NCBI GenBank assembly: GCA_963708675.1
Contig: CAVPTO010000003.1
Coordinates: forward strand, 1,796,719-1,860,718
Source of the DNA: an uncultured Planctomycetota bacterium
Lineage (GTDB): Bacteria; Planctomycetota; Planctomycetia; Pirellulales; PNKZ01
Length of the DNA: 64,000 nucleotides
Reading direction: 5' to 3'
A program made the translations under genes and the position numbers. Positions 54,644-64,000 of this stretch are shown here, piece after piece (within the stretch, counting starts at the first letter, position 1; every line of letters begins with the position of its first letter). Under the pieces are notes generated by a model, which did not search any database, had not been told where the DNA came from, and was given only the letters and a program-made list of their open reading frames with translations.

Positions 54644-55872
54644 ACGCTGGCCTCCTCGCCGGCGAGCAGGTCGATGCCAAGCAGCGAGGCCTGCCGAAGC
54701 ACGCGCGTCTGCGCGTCGCTGTCGGCGATGCGAACGACGTCGCGCAGCTCGTCGGCGATCGACGCATCGAGATAGCCGCCAAGGTCGATGAGCCGATGCT
54801 CCGCGTGCTCGGGCATGGCGGTGATGGTGCGGAGATACTGTGCGAGCAACGTTTCATCACTGTTGTCGACTTGCCGTTGCGAAGGCGTGTCGACGTCAAC
54901 GGCGATGCTCCACACGGTCGGCGATCGCGTGCCGAACTCGCTTCGCAGCCAACCGATGAATTCCGCGGCCAGTCGCCCACGACGTAGTTGTGCCGCGAGT
55001 GCGCCATCGCCATGCAATCGCCAAGTGGCCAACAGTGGCACGCCGGGGTCGATCGCCGTGATCTGCGCCACACGCTCGGCCGCGACGCGCTGCAGTTGCT
55101 CGCGCGTCGTCACGGCATCGAGCGACACGTCGATCGTGCACCAGCGCGCGACGTCGCAAGCCAGCGGTGTGATGCGCGGCAGCCGATCGATCGTCCATTC
55201 GACCAGCGAACAGCCGTGGACGCCGAGTTGTTCGGGATGCAATGCCTGCAGCGTGCCGGGATAGTGCACCGTTGCCGGAGTTTCGAGCAGCGTCGTCGCG
55301 ACGTCATGCCCGCCGAGCGCCCAGTAATGAATGCCACGCAGACCGATGGTCGCGAGATCGAGCCGGCCGTTGACGACGGCAATCGACGGCAGCCCCGTCG
55401 CGTGAGGCCAGAACTCCTCGGCCCTCGCCCAGCCGTCAATACTGCTCGATCGCCCGACAAGCTGCGCGACGGGCGTGCCATCGCCGCGAACGTGTACGTA
55501 GTCGGTGGGTCGTGGCGTCCAGAATGTTTTGACGTTCGCGGGCCATCGCACTTCGGCGACGGCGGGGCTGGCGACTTCCGATTCGCCGGCCGACCAATAA
55601 ACAGCGATGCCCGACGAGCGCAAACGCTCGCACTGCTCGATGAAGGTTGCGACACCCCGTGCGCCGGCCGACTCGGCGTCGAGCACATCGCCGGCCAGGA
55701 CGACGAAATCGACCTGTGCCGCGAGGGCGTGATCGACCAGCCGCGTGAGGGCGCGGTACGTCGCATCACGAAACAACTCGCGCAGCGCCGCCGGCACCTG
55801 TGCGACGCCCTCCAACGGGCGGCCCAGGTGTAAGTCGCTAGCGTGCAAAAAGCGCAGTGGTTTCTCGGCCAC
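54640..55872 (-). CDS. metallophosphoesterase, SbcD/YhaO-like DNA repair exonuclease
   Basis: LRFLHASDLHLG, FVVLAGDVLD. ATGA overlap with the downstream ATPase gene. Confidence 0.8.
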   Translation of the reverse strand: MAEKPLRFLHASDLHLGRPLEGVAQVPAALRELFRDATYRALTRLVDHALAAQVDFVVLAGDVLDAESAGARGVATFIEQCERLRSSGIAVYWSAGESEVASPAVAEVRWPANVKTFWTPRPTDYVHVRGDGTPVAQLVGRSSSIDGWARAEEFWPHATGLPSIAVVNGRLDLATIGLRGIHYWALGGHDVATTLLETPATVHYPGTLQALHPEQLGVHGCSLVEWTIDRLPRITPLACDVARWCTIDVSLDAVTTREQLQRVAAERVAQITAIDPGVPLLATWRLHGDGALAAQLRRGRLAAEFIGWLRSEFGTRSPTVWSIAVDVDTPSQRQVDNSDETLLAQYLRTITAMPEHAEHRLIDLGGYLDASIADELRDVVRIADSDAQTRVLRQASLLGIDLLAGEEASV

Positions 55873-55980
55873 GTCAAGCCTCCCTGCCTCGGCCAGAAAA
55901 CGCGAAAACTTGTCGTGCTAGTGTAATGGTTCGCGACCAAAGCGCAAATCGCGGTTTGGGCGTGCTAGCAAGATGGGCGG

Positions 55981-56130
55981 CTATTGATCCTCAGATAACG
56001 CGGTGAACATTGCGTTCGACGATCCATCGCCGCTTGCGGTTTCGCGCGTCCTTCCTAGGAGACGCGCGAAACCGCAAGCGGCGATGGATCGTGATCTCGA
56101 CAGTTAAGACTTCAATCTGAGGATCAATAA
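55981..56130. repeat. nested palindromic MITE-like element: 15-bp perfect terminal inverted repeats around a perfect 28-bp inverted repeat
   Basis: TATTGATCCTCAGAT (55982-55996) pairs with ATCTGAGGATCAATA (56115-56129). Core GATCCATCGCCGCTTGCGGTTTCGCGCG (56021-56048) pairs with its reverse complement (56063-56090). Confidence 0.85.
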
Positions 56131-56133
56131 CCG

Positions 56134-58293
56134 TTACGACGGTGTGCGCTTGCGGCGCGGGCCCTTCGCGGTCGATTGCCGGGCCGAGTTTTTGGCCTCG
56201 CGCAAGGCGGCGAGCGCTTTGGGGCTGTCGGCCTTGCCTTGGAGTTCGAACAAGAAACGACTGGGGATCGTGGGTCGCGGCTTGCCCCAACGGAGGCGGC
56301 TTTTGGCGAGCGAAAGGGTCAAACGATCGCGCGCGCGCGTGACGCCGACGTAGCACAGACGGCGCTCCTCATCGATGGCGGCGCCGTCAACGGCCACGGC
56401 GCGATGGTGTGGCAACAGGCCTTCTTCCATGCCGACCATGTACACGTGCGGAAACTCGAGCCCCTTCGCGCTGTGCAGCGTCATCAACACGATCGCGTTG
56501 CGTTTGAGTTGCGACTCTTTGTCGGTCTCGTCATCGCGATTCGACAGTGCCGACTCGTCGAGGAACTCGCGCAGCGACGGCGACTTCGCTCGCTTGGCGT
56601 ACACGGCCATCGCATTGACGACTTCTTCGACGGCATTCCATCGCGAAGCCTGTTCGTTCGGATCGGGATACAGGCGATTGATCTCTTGTTGATAGCCGAT
56701 CTCGTGAATGAGCGCGGAGACCACATCGACAAGGTGCTCGTGTTTCGCGCGTTCGTGATACGTCGTCAACAGCTGCCGCAGCGCATCGATGCCCTTGATC
56801 GCCGCTGGTGGCAGCTTGCCAAGGCGCGAGATTGCGGGAATCACGTCCCACACGCGCTTGCCTTCGCCGACAGCATTGGCGATCAGTTGCTCGACGGCGC
56901 GCGAGCCAACACCCCGCGGCGGCGTATTGATAACGCGCAACAGCGAGACTTCGTCCCCTGGGTGGGCGAGCAACTTGATATACGCCATCACGTCGCGCAC
57001 TTCTTTGCGATCGAAGAACGACATGCCGCCGATGAGCGTGTACGGCAACTTCATGCGACGCAGCTCGGCCTCGAAGGCGCGTGGCTGTTCGTTCGTGCGG
57101 AACAAAATCGCAATGTCGCGCGGCTCGGCCAGGCGTTTGAACAGCAGCGACGCGATCTCGGTCACGACCTCCGTGGCTTCGGTCGTCTCGTCGAGATATT
57201 GCAGCATCCGTGGCTCTTCGCCTTCGAGCCGGCTGGGGCGCAGCAGTTTGTCGTGCCGGTGCTTGTTGTGGACGATCAGGCGATTGGCCAGTTCGAGGAT
57301 CGGGGCAATCGAACGATAGTTCTCTTCCAGGCGCACGACCGTCGCGTCGGGCCAATCTTTTTGGAACCGAAGGATGTGCTGCACGTCGGCCCCGCGCCAT
57401 CCGTAGATCGATTGGTCGTCGTCTCCCACGACGCACAAGTTGCGATGACGTTCGGCCAGCCCGCGAATGATGCGGTACTGCGCTCCGTTGGTGTCCTGAT
57501 ATTCGTCGACCAGTACGTGATCGAACCGCGACGACTCGGCGACTCGAACGTCGTCGAATCGCGTGAGAAGTTCTTCGGTACACAGCAGCAAGTCGTCGAA
57601 GTCGACGGCCCCCGCGTTCTTGAGCGCCTTTTGATAACGGCGGTAGCCCATCGCGGCGAGGTGTTCCTTGTCGCTGCGAGCCGCGGTGGCCGCTTGGCGC
57701 GGGTCCATAGCGGCGTTCTTCCATTTGCTGATCTGCGCGATCAGGTCGCCGGGCCGCATTTCGGCGCCGGGAACTTTCAGCTCGCGTAGCGCCGCACGGG
57801 CGGCCGACTCTTGATCGCTACGGTCGTAAATGGCGAACGTCTCGGGATAGCCGAGCTTCGTGATGCGTCGCCGCAAGATGCGCACACAGAGCGAGTGGAA
57901 CGTCGAAATCTCGGGCTTCGACGGCAGCCGTTTGCCGAGCAACTCGCCGCAGCGCGACTGCATCTCGCTAGCAGCCTTGTTCGTGAACGTGACGGCGAGA
58001 ATCCGCTCGGGTCGCACGCCTCGACGGATCAACTCGGCAATGCGAAACGTGACCACCCGCGTCTTGCCTGTTCCCGCGCCGGCGAGCACCAGCAACGGCC
58101 CGCCCGGGGCAACGACGGCCTGCCGTTGGGCTGGGTTGAGGCCGTGAGTCGTGGTAGCGCTGGTAGACACAGTGACGCTGGTAGGCACGTGACGCCGAGT
58201 TGATGAACAGGGGTGTGATTGGAGCGCCAAACACGAAAACCTTCGATCGTAGGCGTTTGATGGCATCGCGCCTATGACGGGCGTCGTAGTCAT
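56134..58293 (-). CDS. uvrD: UvrD/PcrA-type ATP-dependent DNA helicase (the true start may be downstream of 58293)
   Basis: LNPAQRQAV, AGAGTGKT, DEYQDTN, TLHSAKGLEF, YVGVTRAR. 719 aa. Confidence 0.92.
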   Translation of the reverse strand: MTTTPVIGAMPSNAYDRRFSCLALQSHPCSSTRRHVPTSVTVSTSATTTHGLNPAQRQAVVAPGGPLLVLAGAGTGKTRVVTFRIAELIRRGVRPERILAVTFTNKAASEMQSRCGELLGKRLPSKPEISTFHSLCVRILRRRITKLGYPETFAIYDRSDQESAARAALRELKVPGAEMRPGDLIAQISKWKNAAMDPRQAATAARSDKEHLAAMGYRRYQKALKNAGAVDFDDLLLCTEELLTRFDDVRVAESSRFDHVLVDEYQDTNGAQYRIIRGLAERHRNLCVVGDDDQSIYGWRGADVQHILRFQKDWPDATVVRLEENYRSIAPILELANRLIVHNKHRHDKLLRPSRLEGEEPRMLQYLDETTEATEVVTEIASLLFKRLAEPRDIAILFRTNEQPRAFEAELRRMKLPYTLIGGMSFFDRKEVRDVMAYIKLLAHPGDEVSLLRVINTPPRGVGSRAVEQLIANAVGEGKRVWDVIPAISRLGKLPPAAIKGIDALRQLLTTYHERAKHEHLVDVVSALIHEIGYQQEINRLYPDPNEQASRWNAVEEVVNAMAVYAKRAKSPSLREFLDESALSNRDDETDKESQLKRNAIVLMTLHSAKGLEFPHVYMVGMEEGLLPHHRAVAVDGAAIDEERRLCYVGVTRARDRLTLSLAKSRLRWGKPRPTIPSRFLFELQGKADSPKALAALREAKNSARQSTAKGPRRKRTPS

Positions 58294-58513
58294 TTATTGA
58301 TCTTCAGGATGCTCATCAGGATGCTCATCGAACGACGACTCCGTTTGCTCCCTCTCCCCTTGCGGGAGAGGGCCGGGGTGAGAAGTACTGAAGCGTGTAC
58401 TCGCCTCAACCCCTCACCCGATTCGCCTTCGGCGAACCACCCTCTCCCGCAAGGGGAGAGGGAATATGACATGCCGCTGTCGGTTCGATTTACAACCTGA
58501 ACACCAATAGCCG
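58294..58513 (+). repeat. about 220-bp MITE-like palindromic element, copy e (paralog of 15135-15345) with an internal 12-bp tandem duplication
   Basis: Collinear with copy b. GATGCTCATCAG|GATGCTCATCGA duplication at 58309-58332. Begins immediately after the annotated uvrD ATG. Confidence 0.85.
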
Positions 58514-58624
58514 CCATCGCGTCGCAAGTTGTACGCCTTGACCGGTTTCGAGCCGCTGCGCTATACTCCAGACGCGTCGTCACGTCCGTGGCGACGCTTC
58601 GATTTTTTGGAGCACGCACGCACG

Positions 58625-59494
58625 ATGAAGGCCGAACGCCGCCACGAACTGCAGCAGAACGAGTTGGCCGACCGCTTGGGCGATATGATCGCCGGGGCGC
58701 GGCAGTACTCGCAGGCGATCATCGGGACCGTTTTGCTCGTGGTCGTGGTGCTCGGGGGTTACCTGTACTTCACCGGCAGCTCGCGTCGCAAAGAAGACGC
58801 TTCGTGGAACGCGTACATCAAGGCGACCGACGCCGCGATGCGCCCCGGCGGACAACTCACCCCGCTGATCGACTTGACGAATCAGTATCCGACCACGACC
58901 GGCGGCCTGTGGGGACGCTTGGCCTTGGCCGACATTCAGTTCCAGAACGGCGTGAACCAACTGTTCGAGAATCGCGCCCAGGCAAACCTGTTTCTGCAAT
59001 CGGCCACCGACAACTATGCGAAGCTTCGCAGCGACACGTCGGACCGCATGTTGCAAGCCCGCGCGACGATGGGGCTGGCAAGGTCGTACGAGGCCCTCAA
59101 CCGGTTGAGCAACGCGAGACTGGAATACGACGCGTTGATCGCCCGGTATCCCAAGGACGTGTGGGTCGACGAGGCCAAGCGACGCAGTGCCGATTTGGAA
59201 CGTCAATCGACGCGCGACTTCTATGATTGGTTCGCTCGCCAGGAAGTGAAGCCGACGCCGACCGAAGACGCGTCGATCCCAGGGCATAAGCCGAAGTTCG
59301 ACATGCGAAGCCTTCCGCCTGAAGGCCCGGTGTTTACCGACAAGGCCACCGACAGCGGTGCTGCGACAACCGACGGCGCTGCCGCTTCGACAACCTCGGG
59401 TGCGGGCATGCCCGGCGCGAGTTCTCCGGGTGCGAGCGCTCCGGGTTCTACCTCGCAGCCACCTGCGGATTCAACTCCCGCGAAGTCGCCATAG
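58625..59494 (+). CDS. single-pass membrane protein with TPR-like (YfgM-like) ectodomain and Ser/Ala/Pro-rich tail
   Basis: MKAERRHELQQNELA, TM IIGTVLLVVVVLGGYLYF, helical repeats ...LARSYEALNRLSNARLEYDALIARYP. Confidence 0.6.
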   Translation: MKAERRHELQQNELADRLGDMIAGARQYSQAIIGTVLLVVVVLGGYLYFTGSSRRKEDASWNAYIKATDAAMRPGGQLTPLIDLTNQYPTTTGGLWGRLALADIQFQNGVNQLFENRAQANLFLQSATDNYAKLRSDTSDRMLQARATMGLARSYEALNRLSNARLEYDALIARYPKDVWVDEAKRRSADLERQSTRDFYDWFARQEVKPTPTEDASIPGHKPKFDMRSLPPEGPVFTDKATDSGAATTDGAAASTTSGAGMPGASSPGASAPGSTSQPPADSTPAKSP

Positions 59495-59513
59495 CGCTGG
59501 AAGTGCAAGCGCG

Positions 59514-60551
59514 ATGCAAGTTGAGGCGACGGTGGATGGCGACCTTCCCGCAGACGGTGATCTCGCAGACGGCGATCCTGCCACGGATGCTCTCGAGCTG
59601 ATTGTCCCCGAGTCGGCCGAAGATGTTCGGCTCGATTGGTATCTGGCGCGGCAGCTTCCGACGCATAGCCGCACGAATCTTCGCCGCGCGATCAATGCCG
59701 CCACCGTGCGCATCAACGGCAAGCGCGCGAAGGCCAGCCATCGTCTGCGTGCCGGTGAGCGCATCACCGTCGAGTTGCCCGAACTGCCGCGGCCGGGGCC
59801 GAAGCCCGAATACATCCCGCTCGACATTCTGTACGAAGACGACGTGATGGCGGCCATCAACAAGCCGCCCGGCATGGTCGTGCATCCCGGCAAGGGGCAT
59901 TGGCAGGGGACACTCGCCAGCGCCTTGCAATTTCATTTCGATCGCTTGAGCGGCGCCGGAGGACCGACGCGGCCAGGCATTGTGCATCGCCTCGATCGCG
60001 ACACCAGCGGCGTGATCATCGTCGCCAAAGACGACCTCGCCCATCGTGCGCTCACGTCGCAGTTCGAGCATCGCAAGGTCGAGAAGCGTTACATGGCCAT
60101 CGTCGCCGGCCAGCCACAACTCGATCGCGATGTGATCGACGAACCGATCGGCTTTCACTCGCACAAGCGCGAGAAGATGGCCATCCGCCGCAACGACCCA
60201 ACGAGTCGCCACGCCCACAGTTTTTACGAAGTCGTCGAGCGGTTCGACGGCTTCGCGTTGGTCGAGATCACTCCCAAGACCGGGCGCACGCACCAGATTC
60301 GCGTGCATCTGGCAAGCATCGGATGCCCGGTGCTTTGCGATCGCCTGTACGGCAGTCGTGCGCGGATCACGCGTGGCGAACTGCGCCGCGTGACCGACGA
60401 CGACACGCCGCTGCTCGAACGGCAAGCCCTGCACGCACGCAGCTTGGCAATCGACCATCCCACGTCGGGGCAGCGGATGAAGTTCGACGCAGCGTTGCCG
60501 GCCGACATGACCGGACTGCTCGACGCATTGCGTGAACTGCGACCCTTGTAA
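59514..60551 (+). CDS. rluD: RluA/RluD-family 23S rRNA pseudouridine synthase
   Basis: S4 domain RLDWYLA..., catalytic HRLDRDTSGVIIVAK, GRTHQIRVHL, LHA. Confidence 0.9.
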   Translation: MQVEATVDGDLPADGDLADGDPATDALELIVPESAEDVRLDWYLARQLPTHSRTNLRRAINAATVRINGKRAKASHRLRAGERITVELPELPRPGPKPEYIPLDILYEDDVMAAINKPPGMVVHPGKGHWQGTLASALQFHFDRLSGAGGPTRPGIVHRLDRDTSGVIIVAKDDLAHRALTSQFEHRKVEKRYMAIVAGQPQLDRDVIDEPIGFHSHKREKMAIRRNDPTSRHAHSFYEVVERFDGFALVEITPKTGRTHQIRVHLASIGCPVLCDRLYGSRARITRGELRRVTDDDTPLLERQALHARSLAIDHPTSGQRMKFDAALPADMTGLLDALRELRPL

Positions 60552-60657
60552 CCGGCGGCGTCGCGAAGGATAAAGGAAGTGGCTGCAGGCAACGCGGCCA
60601 ATCCTCCATTGCATCACAGGCATCGAGTCGCGAGAGACGTCTCGCATCCAAGCAAGC

Positions 60658-61521
60658 ATGAAACTGTGTCGATATCGCTCGGCGGCCGGCAAGGATTGCG
60701 TCGGCATCGTCGATGACGCCCGCATCGTGCCGTTGTCGCTCGGCGGCCCACACTACAAATCGTTGGCCGACATTCTCGAAAGCGAAGACGCCGCGGCCAC
60801 GGCGCAGTTGCTCATCGACGCGGCTGCCAAGCCCGTGGCTCTCGATGCAACGACGTTGTTGCCGCCGGTCGATCATCAAGAGATTTGGGCCGCCGGTGTG
60901 ACGTACAAGCGCAGCCGCGCCGCTCGCATGGAAGAGTCGGAGACCGCGGCCGACGTGTATCAGCGCGTGTACGACGCGCCGCGTCCCGAGTTGTTTTTCA
61001 AGTCGATGCCTCACCGCGTCGTCGGCCCCGACAAGCCCGTGCGCATCCGTTCGGACGGACAGTGGAACGTCCCCGAGCCCGAGCTGGTGTTAGTGCTCAA
61101 CTCGCGCATGGAGCTGGTCGCGTTTACGATTGGCAACGACATGAGTTGCCGCGACATCGAAGGCGACAACCCGCTGTATTTGCCACAGGCGAAAATCTAC
61201 GACCAGTCGTGCGCCATGGGCCCGTGGGTCACGCTGGCATCGGCCATGCCGCCCGCGAGCGCCATCGGCATCCGCATGGCCGTCGTTCGCCGCGGCGACC
61301 TGGTGTTCGAAGGCTCGACGAGCACGTCGCAGCTATCGCGAACGTTCGACGACCTGATCGACTACCTCGGTCGCGACAACACGTTTCGCGACGGCGTCTG
61401 CCTGTTCACCGGAACCGGCATCGTGCCCGAGGCCGCGTTCTCGCTTCGCCCCGGAGACACGATCGACATCGCGATCGACGGCATCGGCACGTTGATCAAC
61501 ACCGTCGTGCAGGGGCGGTAA
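60658..61521 (+). CDS. fumarylacetoacetate hydrolase (FAH) family protein
   Basis: [40 protein letters not shown]. Confidence 0.8.
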   Translation: MKLCRYRSAAGKDCVGIVDDARIVPLSLGGPHYKSLADILESEDAAATAQLLIDAAAKPVALDATTLLPPVDHQEIWAAGVTYKRSRAARMEESETAADVYQRVYDAPRPELFFKSMPHRVVGPDKPVRIRSDGQWNVPEPELVLVLNSRMELVAFTIGNDMSCRDIEGDNPLYLPQAKIYDQSCAMGPWVTLASAMPPASAIGIRMAVVRRGDLVFEGSTSTSQLSRTFDDLIDYLGRDNTFRDGVCLFTGTGIVPEAAFSLRPGDTIDIAIDGIGTLINTVVQGR

Positions 61522-61589
61522 TCGACCGCAAGCACGTGGTCGCCGTCGATGTTTCCGCCGCCTGAACGCCCGATCGCGTTTGCGATACA

Positions 61590-64000
61590 ATGTCGGGCAT
61601 GTCCGCGCCCGCTCCACGCACCGAACTTTTATCCCCTGCCGGCGATTGGGAGGCCCTTCGCGCCGCCTGCGCCAACGGCGCCGATGCCGTGTACTTCGGC
61701 CTGGCGAACTTCAACGCGCGACATCGAGCGGCGAACTTCACGGTCGACGAACTGCCGTCGATCATCGAGTATCTGCACCATCGCAACGTGCGTGGTTACG
61801 TGACGTGCAACACGCTCATCTTCAGCGACGAGTTGCCGCAGGTGGCCGCGATGATCGCCGCGATTGCCGAAGCTGGCGCCGATGCCGTGATCGTGCAGGA
61901 TTTGGGCGTCGCGAGATTGGCGGCTCGCATCGCGCCCGGGCTTCCGGTACACGGTTCGACACAGATGACGCTGACCGAGGCACGGGGGTTGGAGTTCGTT
62001 CGCGGGTTGGGCGTCGAGCGGGCGATCCTTGCGCGAGCTGTCGATGACCGACGTCGGTCAAATCGCCTCGGCCACGTCGATGCCCGTCGAAGTGTTCGTC
62101 CATGGCGCGCTTTGCGTCGCGTACAGCGGCCAATGTCTGACGAGCGAAGCCCTCGGCGGCCGCAGCGCCAATCGCGGGCAATGCGCCCAGGCGTGCCGTC
62201 TGCCCTACGATCTGATCGTCGACGGCCAACGTCGCGACCTCGGCGAGACGGCCTATCTGCTGAGCCCGCAAGATCTCGCCGCTTACGACTGCGTGCAGTC
62301 GCTCGTCGATCGCGGCGTGACGTGTCTGAAAATCGAGGGCCGCCTCAAAAGTGCGCAGTACGTCGCCGCCACGACGCGCGCGTATCGCGAGGCGCTCGAT
62401 GCCGCGCTCGCCGCGAGGTCGTTCGAATTATCGCGGCAAGGGCGCTTGGACCTCGAGCAGAGTTTTTCGCGCGGCTTCTCGCATGGCTTCTTCGACGGCG
62501 TGAACCATCAGCGGCTCGTACACGGACGTTTCCCCAAGAGTCGAGGCGTGCGCGTCGGCAGCGTTGTCGGAGTCGACGGTGGCCGCGTGTTGGTGGCGAT
62601 CGAGGCTGAGCACTCCACCGATGTTGTGAAGCCCGGCGACGGTTTAGTCTTCGACGAGGGGCATCCCGATCAAGACGAGCAGGGGGGCCGAATTTATTCG
62701 GTCCGCGAGGCAACTTGGGATGACAAGCATTGCGTGTCAATCGAGTTCGCTCGCGGAGGGGTAAACGTCGCGGCACTCGCGTCCGGTGCGATCGTGTGGA
62801 AGACCGACGATCCACAGTTTCGCAAGCGGATGGATCAAACGTTCGTTCACGAGACGCCGGTGCGGCGACGCGCATTAGATGTCGTCATTGGCGGATCAGT
62901 TGGCGGCCCGCTGCGTATGACTGTCCGCGATGGCGAGCACGAAGCGTCCGTCGAGTGGTCGGGACCGTTGCAGCTTGCGATCAAGCGTCCGTTGACGCTC
63001 GATAGCTTGCGCGAGCAGCTCAATCGCCTGGGCGATACACCTTACGAACTCGGCGAGGTCCGTCTCGAAACGACCGATGCGGTGATGGCGCCGCCGAGCG
63101 TGCTCAACGATTTGCGACGCCGCGCCTTGGCGGCACTCGACGAGGTTCGACAACACTCAGAATGCTGCACCATCAACATCACAGCGCTCGACGACCTGCG
63201 GCGTGAAGCGGCCTCGCGAACACGCATCGAACGGCCTTCACCGAAGTTGGTCGTTCTCGCACGATCGATGGAGCAACTCGACGCGGTGCTCGCCTGGTCG
63301 CCGTCGGCGCCACTTCAACGCCCGGCGATGGTGTATGTCGATTTCGAGGACGTTCGTCGCTATCGCGATGCCGTCACCCGCGCCGCGCAGCCAACATGCC
63401 GATCGGCGTGGCGGGATTGCGGATCATCAAGCCCGGCGAAGAAGCGTGGCTGCGGCACATCGGTCGCTGCGGGGCCGATGCGATCCTGGCTCGCAACCTG
63501 GCGACGATTCTCTTCGCGAAAGAACACCATCCCGAGACGACGTTGCTCGGCGATTTCTCGCTGAACATTTCGAACGAGCTGACCGCCGACGTGTTTCTCG
63601 AAGCAGGACTCCAGCGCTTCGTCCCCAGCTATGACATGAACTGGGAGCAACTTGAATCGTTGACGAGTCGATGCGATCCGGGCCGGCTCGAAGTCGTCGT
63701 GCATCAGCACATGCCGATGTTCCACATGGAGCATTGCGTCTTCGCGCACACGCTGTCGGAAGGCAAAGACTATCGCGACTGTGGCCGTCCGTGCGACGTG
63801 CATCGCGTCGAACTGCGCGATCGCGTGGGGGCGGCGCTTCCGCTGCTGGCCGACGCCGGTTGCCGCAACACGGTGTTCAACTCGCTGCCGCAAAGCGCCG
63901 TCGAATATGTGCCGCGGATGCTCAAGCTGGGGCTTCGCTGCTTCCGTCTCGAATTACTTCGCGAAACGCCTGAAGAGTCCGTCGCGCTCGTCGAGAAATA
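61590..64000 (+). pseudogene. long-form peptidase U32 family protein, two frame breaks (near 62031-62036 and 63383-63385). The 3' end runs off the window.
   Basis: ELLSPAGDWEALRAACANGADAVYFG...VERAILAR | ELSMTDVGQI..VFVHGALCVAYSGQCLTSE..RSANRGQCAQACRLPY...RYRDAVTRA | ANMPIGVAGLRIIKPGEE...HMPMFHMEHCVF, in three successive frames. Confidence 0.75.

Noticed and set aside
58297-58500. Small ORFs inside the repeat elements (58297..58500, 15034..15222, 47571..47819, 45749..45961, 15934..16173)
   Set aside because: They are translations of palindromic repeat DNA (…PLPLRERAGVR…, …ERPPWRSA…, …NHRGHREHRE…) and recur wherever the repeat occurs. They are not genes.

Overview
High-GC (about 60% by eye) bacterial chromosomal segment. 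The gene content suggests a planctomycete, probably Pirellulales-like: a DUF1592-type cytochrome-c protein paired with DUF1552, Tat-signal Gfo/Idh/MocA and FGE-type enzymes, H4MPT genes mch plus a RimK-like ligase, a free-standing RNA polymerase alpha-CTD protein, and 'PLPLGEG'-type palindromic repeats. This taxonomic call is inference only.

I can support about 55 protein-coding genes and one tRNA-Glu(UUC). I found no rRNA, CRISPR array, transposase, integrase or phage genes. Most genes are housekeeping:
- heme: hemA, hemH
- histidine, tRNA modification and charging: hisG, hisE, miaA, aspS
- RNA and chromosome functions: rsmD, rluD, csrA, scpB, uvrD
- general metabolism: thiolase, alcohol dehydrogenase, PfkB kinase, cyclophilin

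No recognisable known defence or mobile system is present. The main observations are:
1. Intergenic spacers hold at least five families of palindromic MITE/REP-like repeats. Several share a TTATTGATC(T/C)TCAG terminal motif, and one roughly 215-bp element occurs twice at about 90% identity.
2. Six frame disruptions interrupt five otherwise well-conserved genes. About half sit in or beside short G/C runs, so they are sequencing indels or real pseudogenes.
3. An uncharacterised, translationally coupled three-gene operon encodes a DUF3592-type membrane protein, a paralogous beta-sandwich protein and a minimal P-loop NTPase. This is my best candidate for an undescribed system, at moderate confidence.
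4. A well-spaced sigma-54 -24/-12 promoter match lies upstream of an HPF-like fusion gene, and a receiver-less sigma-54 activator is encoded in the same window.
5. Interlocked perfect inverted repeats lie upstream of the hemX-like/hemA operon.
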